A stretch of 29,691 nt of DNA, taken from an uncultured ANME-2 cluster archaeon. GTDB lineage: Archaea > Halobacteriota > Methanosarcinia > Methanosarcinales > Methanogasteraceae. The notes below the pieces were generated by a model, which saw nothing but the letters and a program-made list of their open reading frames with translations, searched no databases and was not told the DNA's origin. How positions within the stretch are numbered: the stretch's first letter is position 1; every line of letters begins with the position of its first letter. This document shows, piece after piece, positions 24,510 through 29,691 of the stretch. A program made the translations under genes and the position numbers. Location: contig CBDAFH010000090.1 of the NCBI GenBank assembly GCA_965195165.1, forward strand, positions 1-29,691. Direction: 5' to 3'.

Positions 24510-25745
24510 TCACTCTTTCTCAGCCACCAGAATAACCGTAGAATATGTAAAAAGCAGTCTCCCAGCATCATCAAAGCGAACCCTGAGACCGGTTTTATCA
24601 TCCTCGATCGAATCAGCCATCATGCGCCGGACCTCTCTGGCGATCTCCTCACCGGGATCTGCGATCTTTACCCACTCATCGAGATAGAAGTCAGCATCCC
24701 AGTTTCTCGCATGAATAACCTTGAGCCCCGCATCCTGAAGCACCCCAACCAGTTCTGGCTCTGAATACAGGCGAACATGTGACGGATCACGGAGTTGCTC
24801 GATTCTGTTGTGGTATTCACCCTTTGCGGCATCCTCTGAAGAGAGTCCGTCCACGAGCACGATCTTCCCGCCGGTTTTGCAGACGCGAGCCATCTCTGAT
24901 ACCGCCTTTTCCGGATCTGTGAAATGGTGGAATGCGAACCTGCATGATACGATATCGAACGACCCGTCCTCAAATCCGAGCGATTCCGCATCCATTACCC
25001 TGAAATCTACATTATCAAGACCCCGCTCTCTCTGTATGCCCTCAGCAACCAGAAGCATATCCCGGGTCATGTCGCAGCCGATGACGTTATATTCAGAAAC
25101 CCGTTTTGCGAACTCAAACGCAAGAAATCCATTCCCTGTCGCCACATCAAGCACCTTGTCAGACGCCCTGGGCGCGGTCAGGTCAACGATCAGGTTCAGG
25201 TGTTCCTTGTCCGAGAGGATGCTGCTCTTCGAATACGCGCCCGACCGCCTGCCGAACCGCTCCTTTGCCGACTGTTTCTTGCGGTGCGCGACGAGACCGC
25301 CATCCATCAGGATCTCGAGCAGGAAATCCGGCATCTTCGTACCAGTGTACTCGAAACCTCCTGCGGTTACCGTGCCGTCTTCGATATCGATCTCAACCAC
25401 GTCCCCTTCTTTGCAGGGAACCATCGTTCCGGTCTCGATCAATGGAAGCCCGATGTTTATGGAATTTCGAAAGAAGATGCGCGCAAAGGATGCCGCCACA
25501 ACGCACCCAACGCCTGCATGTTTGATCGCGAGCACTGCTTGCTCTCTCGATGAGCCGCATCCAAAATTCATGCCGGCGACGATGATATCGCCGCGCCCAA
25601 CATTCCCTGCAAATCCGGGATCGATACCCTCGAGCACGTGATCGGCAAATACCTGCATGTCGGTGGTGCGCAGGTATTTGCCGGGGATTATCGCATCGGT
25701 ATCGATGTCATCCCCGAATATCCATGCCTTTCCTTTTATCTTCAC
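24510..25745 (-). CDS. Fusion: homoaconitase/isopropylmalate-isomerase small subunit (AksE/LeuD type, YLRT loop) plus UbiE-like class I SAM methyltransferase, 411 aa
   Basis: GTG start overlaps the upstream [51 protein letters not shown] and GGLV run without a stop into [32 protein letters not shown] and [13 protein letters not shown]. Confidence 0.85.
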   Translation of the reverse strand: MKIKGKAWIFGDDIDTDAIIPGKYLRTTDMQVFADHVLEGIDPGFAGNVGRGDIIVAGMNFGCGSSREQAVLAIKHAGVGCVVAASFARIFFRNSINIGLPLIETGTMVPCKEGDVVEIDIEDGTVTAGGFEYTGTKMPDFLLEILMDGGLVAHRKKQSAKERFGRRSGAYSKSSILSDKEHLNLIVDLTAPRASDKVLDVATGNGFLAFEFAKRVSEYNVIGCDMTRDMLLVAEGIQRERGLDNVDFRVMDAESLGFEDGSFDIVSCRFAFHHFTDPEKAVSEMARVCKTGGKIVLVDGLSSEDAAKGEYHNRIEQLRDPSHVRLYSEPELVGVLQDAGLKVIHARNWDADFYLDEWVKIADPGEEIAREVRRMMADSIEDDKTGLRVRFDDAGRLLFTYSTVILVAEKE

Positions 25746-26524
25746 TTCAGAACGACCAGTGGATGATGTTTTCCTTTCCCAACTGGCTTCTCTTTGTGTG
25801 GCGCTCTTACGATCTCGGTGTACTTGTCCATCTCTTCCGTGCCTTTTACGAAGACTGCATTGAAGTACTTCGTGGTTCTCGGATCCATTCCAAGCAATCC
25901 GAAGTGCAGCGCGAGTTCGACTATGAACCAGTACATCGCCCACAGGTGAACTGTGCGCACAAATCCGATCGGGGACATGTTGAACCATGTAGAGATGTAT
26001 CCAATGTAAGTGAAGATCACAGGTTCAATATACGTATGCCAGAACGCATACTCAGGAGCGTACATGATAACTCCGGTTGCCACGACCAGGACTATAGCGA
26101 TGTTCTCTGGTATCACCAGCAGCTTGATTGCCGGGTGCAGCTTGTTTTTGTAGTGTCCGGACTCTTGGTCGACGACGACGTATCGCGGATACTCCGCCTT
26201 GCCAAAGAGACTGAGAATCATATTCTTCAACTGGATCGCATCAGGTATGAAGAAGATCTCCGAAAGGAGATGCCCGCTCGTAAGCAGGTTATAGATGGTG
26301 AATATCCAGACTGCTATGATGAATATGAGCGCGGCGAACATGTGGAACAAGCGCACGTTCTCATACGGGATGAGATGCCACGCATCCATCGTACACATAT
26401 TGAACTGCTTTGCCATGTACCAGCCGGTGATTATAAGGGTTACACATGAAAATAGGTGGAATGCATGCGCACGCATGCTTTTTGGGTCATATCGTTCGGT
26501 TATCAAACCATTGCTCTGTGACAT
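25742..26524 (-). CDS. Di-heme cytochrome b of the hydrogenase/formate-dehydrogenase (VhtC/FdnI-like) family
   Basis: ERY....RAHAFH, RLFHM, KLHP..KLL, ATG..MY, RTVHLW and ELALHFG give four TM helices with ligand His residues. RBS GAGGAGG. Confidence 0.75.
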   Translation of the reverse strand: MSQSNGLITERYDPKSMRAHAFHLFSCVTLIITGWYMAKQFNMCTMDAWHLIPYENVRLFHMFAALIFIIAVWIFTIYNLLTSGHLLSEIFFIPDAIQLKNMILSLFGKAEYPRYVVVDQESGHYKNKLHPAIKLLVIPENIAIVLVVATGVIMYAPEYAFWHTYIEPVIFTYIGYISTWFNMSPIGFVRTVHLWAMYWFIVELALHFGLLGMDPRTTKYFNAVFVKGTEEMDKYTEIVRAPHKEKPVGKGKHHPLVVLK

Positions 26525-26543
26525 GTAATGCCTCCTCTGCCGC

Positions 26544-26599
26544 ATATCGCGGCGGCATTGCGATATACGAACCGATCACTTTTAAATGTTACGGTTCGT
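26544..26599 (-). promoter_or_regulatory. Cytochrome b promoter with two adjacent inverted repeats
   Basis: ACGAACCG-N17-CGGTTCGT encloses TTTTAAA; next to it lies ATATCGC-N9-GCGATAT, just upstream of the RBS. Confidence 0.5.
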
Positions 26600-26628
26600 G
26601 TCGTGGCTGGGCAGTAGTGCTGGCAGGG

Positions 26629-27978
26629 CTATGCGGTGCCCGAATTTCCTTTTACGTAATCCACACCCTCCCGCAGATACCCAATCGCTTCTTCGATCCT
26701 GCCTGGTTCTTCGAACCCGTAAGATAGCCGCATCTGCCTTCTCCCGACCTCTGCCATACTGCCCGCCGGATGGACGCAGAACTCACCGGGAAGATAGAGC
26801 ACCCGCGGCTTTTTCTCGTCGGGGGAGCCGTCGATACTATGATCTCCCGTCGTCCTTGAGAGGAACCTGTGGAGTGGCGAGCCCTCACCGGTCATGATCC
26901 CTTCTTCGAATGTCAGGTAGTAGTAAAATCCAGCCCTGCCGCCTCGGATGTCCACAATAAAGTCCCCGATCGCCTCATCGATCCATCTCCTGACCGCGAC
27001 CGCCCGTTCCCGGTACCCAGCCCTGACCTTCCGGATCTGGTCGTTTATGTGGTGATCCATGATGTAGCTTGCGATCTCCTGCGTGATGAGCGGCGCACTG
27101 AACCCCACATCGTTCGTCCGCTGAACCATCGCACGCATGAACGCGCCCGGGGATCCGGTCATGTAACCGATCCGAAGCGCGGGCGCGAGTACCTTTGAGA
27201 GCGTCCCCACCTCGTAAACGATTCCGAGATCGTCGTAGAGAAATCCTGATTCGGGCGCTTCTGCAAGAGGATCGTGTATCATGTCCTCATAAGCCTTGTC
27301 AAATATTATCGGAATCTTTCTGTTTAGATCGCGGGACAGTTCTGTCACGATCCGGACCAGTTCTCTCCTGCGATCGTTTGAGAGGATCGTGCTTGTCGGG
27401 TTGTTAACCGTTACGATATAGACGAATCTGACCTCCTGCCTTGCCTCGCCGAGTTCTTCGATCGATTTCCGCAGCAGATCGGTTCTTATACCATACTCAT
27501 CCTCAGGAACTGCTAAAAGATGAAAACCAGACCTTTCAAGGAGATTGCAGTAGATGTAATAGATCGGGTCGGTTGTTATCACGATACCCGGCTTTACGAG
27601 ATGCGATACCCCATCGAGCAGACTTGTTGCGCCATTCGGACCGATTATGATCTCCTTTGATCCCAGTATCTCTTCATCCATACCACCGATCCTGTTATCA
27701 AGATGATACCGCCTGATCGACTCGATTAAGTTCACAGATCCCTTTGAGCCGCCGTAGTTGAGTGCCGCCCTGTACTTCTCAGGATGGGCGAGAACCTCCC
27801 TCTGCGCTTCTTCGATCAATCTCCGGGGTATCGTCCTCTCATTCACGTACCCCACCCCGAGATTGATGTCGATGCCGTCCCTGAACTCGAGAGCGAAGTC
27901 TGTCATCATCCGGTTGACAGGCGAGGGCGTGGATGAGGCGTACCCGTACTTGGATAATGAGATTTCATCCAGTTTCAT
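26629..27978 (-). CDS. PLP-dependent aminotransferase, class I/II (MocR/Aro8/2-aminoadipate-transaminase-like)
   Basis: INLGVG, LNYG..KG, NNPT, DKAY, GTLSKVLAPALRIG (PLP Lys), MRLSYG. Start is ATG 27978 or GTG 27981. Confidence 0.88.
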   Translation of the reverse strand: MKLDEISLSKYGYASSTPSPVNRMMTDFALEFRDGIDINLGVGYVNERTIPRRLIEEAQREVLAHPEKYRAALNYGGSKGSVNLIESIRRYHLDNRIGGMDEEILGSKEIIIGPNGATSLLDGVSHLVKPGIVITTDPIYYIYCNLLERSGFHLLAVPEDEYGIRTDLLRKSIEELGEARQEVRFVYIVTVNNPTSTILSNDRRRELVRIVTELSRDLNRKIPIIFDKAYEDMIHDPLAEAPESGFLYDDLGIVYEVGTLSKVLAPALRIGYMTGSPGAFMRAMVQRTNDVGFSAPLITQEIASYIMDHHINDQIRKVRAGYRERAVAVRRWIDEAIGDFIVDIRGGRAGFYYYLTFEEGIMTGEGSPLHRFLSRTTGDHSIDGSPDEKKPRVLYLPGEFCVHPAGSMAEVGRRQMRLSYGFEEPGRIEEAIGYLREGVDYVKGNSGTA

Positions 27979-28095
27979 CACTTCTTACGGGGCGTTATCA
28001 TTATTTGAACTTTGCCGACCAGAACTGAAGACATCAATGAATCGAAAGGATTATGTACGCCGAGAACAGTGATTGGGTAAAAATGGAGACTGACA

Positions 28096-28968
28096 ATGAA
28101 AAGATGGCAGCGTGATTATGGATTAGCAATGAGGATGTTCTTGACGATGTTCCTGCTCTTTGTAGTGTACATCGTATTCATAGGGGTATTATCCTACCTT
28201 GGGTTACCCCTCATCACGATCGTTATTTTCGCAGGAGTCATGCTCTTCGCACAGTACTACTACTCGGATAAGATGGTGCTGTACAGCACAGGCGCCCGCG
28301 TCGTGACCGAAAGCGAAGAGCCGGGGTTGCACGAGATCGTCTCGAGACTGTGCATCGAGGCGGACCTGCCAAAGCCGGGGGTTGCAGTCGTTAATAGTAG
28401 TATTCCAAATGCCTTTGCAACCGGCAGAAGCCCAAAGAAAGCAGTGGTCGCGGTCACCACAGCACTCATGCAGAAACTCGACCGGAATGAGGTATCTGCT
28501 GTGCTTGCGCATGAACTGACGCACGTGAAGAACCGGGACGTGATGGTTCTGACCATCGCGAGTTTCTTCTCAACGATTGCATTTTTCCTTGTCAGGTACC
28601 TGATATTCTTTGCCGGGGACAGGCGCGGAGGCGGTCAGATCATGCTTGCATGGGTCGCATCGATTGCAGTGTGGCTCGTCAGTTATCTCCTGATACGTGC
28701 ACTCTCCCGATACCGGGAATTCGCTGCAGATCGCGGAGCTGCCATAATCACTGGTCATCCGTCCCATCTCGTGAGCGCGCTTATGAAGATCAGCGGTTCA
28801 ATGGATCGGGTGCCGACTGAGGACCTCAGGAAAGCGGAAGGCATGAACGCATTCTATATCATACCGATATCCAAGAGTTCGATAATGGCACTCTTCTCCA
28901 CGCATCCCCCGCTTAAGAAGAGAGTTGCTGCACTCGAGAAGATCTCCAGAGAGATGGAACTGGCATGA
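28096..28968 (+). CDS. htpX: Membrane zinc metalloprotease HtpX (M48)
   Basis: PNAFATGR, AVLAHELTH (HExxH), SRYREFAADRG, LVSALMKI, FSTHP....R...L. Confidence 0.95.
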   Translation: MKRWQRDYGLAMRMFLTMFLLFVVYIVFIGVLSYLGLPLITIVIFAGVMLFAQYYYSDKMVLYSTGARVVTESEEPGLHEIVSRLCIEADLPKPGVAVVNSSIPNAFATGRSPKKAVVAVTTALMQKLDRNEVSAVLAHELTHVKNRDVMVLTIASFFSTIAFFLVRYLIFFAGDRRGGGQIMLAWVASIAVWLVSYLLIRALSRYREFAADRGAAIITGHPSHLVSALMKISGSMDRVPTEDLRKAEGMNAFYIIPISKSSIMALFSTHPPLKKRVAALEKISREMELA

Positions 28969-29546
28969 AACTATTTGATACGCTGCTCGGAAGAACAACG
29001 CTTAAGAAACCGAAGATAGAGGCATTGTTTGCACTTTCAACCGCATACATATCGTTAGAGGCGCTCGGCTTCAAACCAACCGGCATATCCGGAATCTGCT
29101 TTAAGCCGATCGAATCATCGCGGTTTTCGGAACTGGAGAACTATCTTAGGGAACTTTTAAGGCTCAGCGCCTCTGAAACCGGGACTATGTGCCAGTTCCA
29201 GACGGACGAGTACAACTACAACTGGGTCATCTTAAACGACGAGGACTTCGAGGACCTTGTCACCACCACGCACCTGATAAGCGAGACGATCATCGAACAT
29301 GACTTCGAGGAACGACTTCTCTGCTCGGTTTTTTCCTTTGGGGACGTGTATTTGATTTATAGCTACAAAGAGGGGACGTTCTATCCGTTTGCTCCGCTGG
29401 CTGACAGGAAAAGGGATAGTAATCTCGAATTCAGGTTGAGGTCGGCGATGGAAGGCGAACTTCCGATCGAAAAGGATATGGAGAAGTGGCATCCGCTCTG
29501 GGAAATTCCGTTTCAGGGACGCGTTTTAAACGCTATGAAACGATAA
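28965..29546 (+). CDS. PspAB-like conserved protein coupled to htpX
   Basis: LLGRT..K.P....LFAL, GICFKP, DEYNY.W, DFEDLV...H, LLC.VF.F, YLIY.YK.GTFYPFAP, ELPIE.D..KW.PLW. ATGA overlap with htpX. Confidence 0.7.
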   Translation: MKLFDTLLGRTTLKKPKIEALFALSTAYISLEALGFKPTGISGICFKPIESSRFSELENYLRELLRLSASETGTMCQFQTDEYNYNWVILNDEDFEDLVTTTHLISETIIEHDFEERLLCSVFSFGDVYLIYSYKEGTFYPFAPLADRKRDSNLEFRLRSAMEGELPIEKDMEKWHPLWEIPFQGRVLNAMKR

Positions 29547-29622
29547 CATCTGACCCCACCCTGTCGATCCACGGTTGATGCTACTCCCGCTGTCAAGGAA
29601 GTTTATAGTAAAATAGGTAGAC

Positions 29623-29645
29623 ATGAAAGCAGAGACCACTGTAAA
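29623..29645 (+). CDS. Start of a further gene, truncated by the contig end (MKAETTV...)
   Basis: ATG follows AGGTAG and a TTTATAGT box. Only 7 codons precede the adapter. Confidence 0.35.
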
Positions 29646-29691
29646 AGATCGGAAGAGCGTCGTGTAGGGAAAGAGTGTAGATCTCGGTGGT
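29646..29691 (+). other. Illumina TruSeq adapter read-through (artefact)
   Basis: AGATCGGAAGAGCGTCGTGTAGGGAAAGAGTGTAGATCTCGGTGGT is the standard adapter sequence. Confidence 0.99.

Noticed and set aside
24808-25641. Long antisense ORFs (also 10241-11326, 10831-11556, 17116-17793, 17631-18221)
   Set aside because: They are shadows of well-supported genes on the opposite strand in GC-rich coding DNA and have no recognisable motifs.
25746-25988. Extra 81 aa at the N-terminus of the AksE fusion in the ORF track
   Set aside because: It overlaps the cytochrome b gene in another frame. The real start is the GTG at 25745, overlapping the upstream stop.
29540-29610. GATAAC at the PspAB-like stop as a possible attC inverse core
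   Set aside because: No paired L boxes or matching GTTRRRY follow, and the gene is a conserved htpX partner.
1-29691. tRNA, rRNA, CRISPR arrays, transposase or integrase genes
   Set aside because: None recognised by eye in either strand or in the ORF track.

Overview
Archaeal chromosomal fragment. The EF-2 sequence, cofG, a b-type cytochrome, ccdA and a dockerin-tailed surface protein point to a cytochrome-bearing Methanosarcinales/ANME-2-like organism (inference). The backbone is housekeeping: deoxyhypusine synthase, cofG, a GGR-family flavoprotein, dnaJ, a CBS protein plus CPA2 antiporter, SpoIIM-like, DUF63, DUF504, atpD, ccdA, chorismate mutase, purE, EF-2, homoaconitase small subunit, cytochrome b, a PLP aminotransferase, htpX and PspAB-like. 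Three accessory inserts interrupt it. Each is bracketed by a long (76-432 bp), roughly 90% identical direct duplication of the host sequence at the insertion point. Insert 1 is a gingipain-like (C25) surface protease operon between two copies of the cofG promoter and 5' end; its propeptide is a separate lipoprotein gene and the protease is frameshifted at a G9 tract. Insert 2 is a DUF2806 gene with integron-cassette-like ends between two copies of the antiporter/spoIIM junction. Insert 3 is a SAM methyltransferase with a near-textbook integron attC site between two copies of the chorismate mutase promoter and 5' end. No integrase or transposase is present in the window. Other oddities are a homoaconitase-small-subunit/methyltransferase fusion, an orphan VhtC-like cytochrome b, an orphan atpD and a candidate structured RNA after EF-2. 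The last 46 nt are Illumina adapter. All family calls come from motif recognition by eye, and identities are manual counts; no database searches were run.
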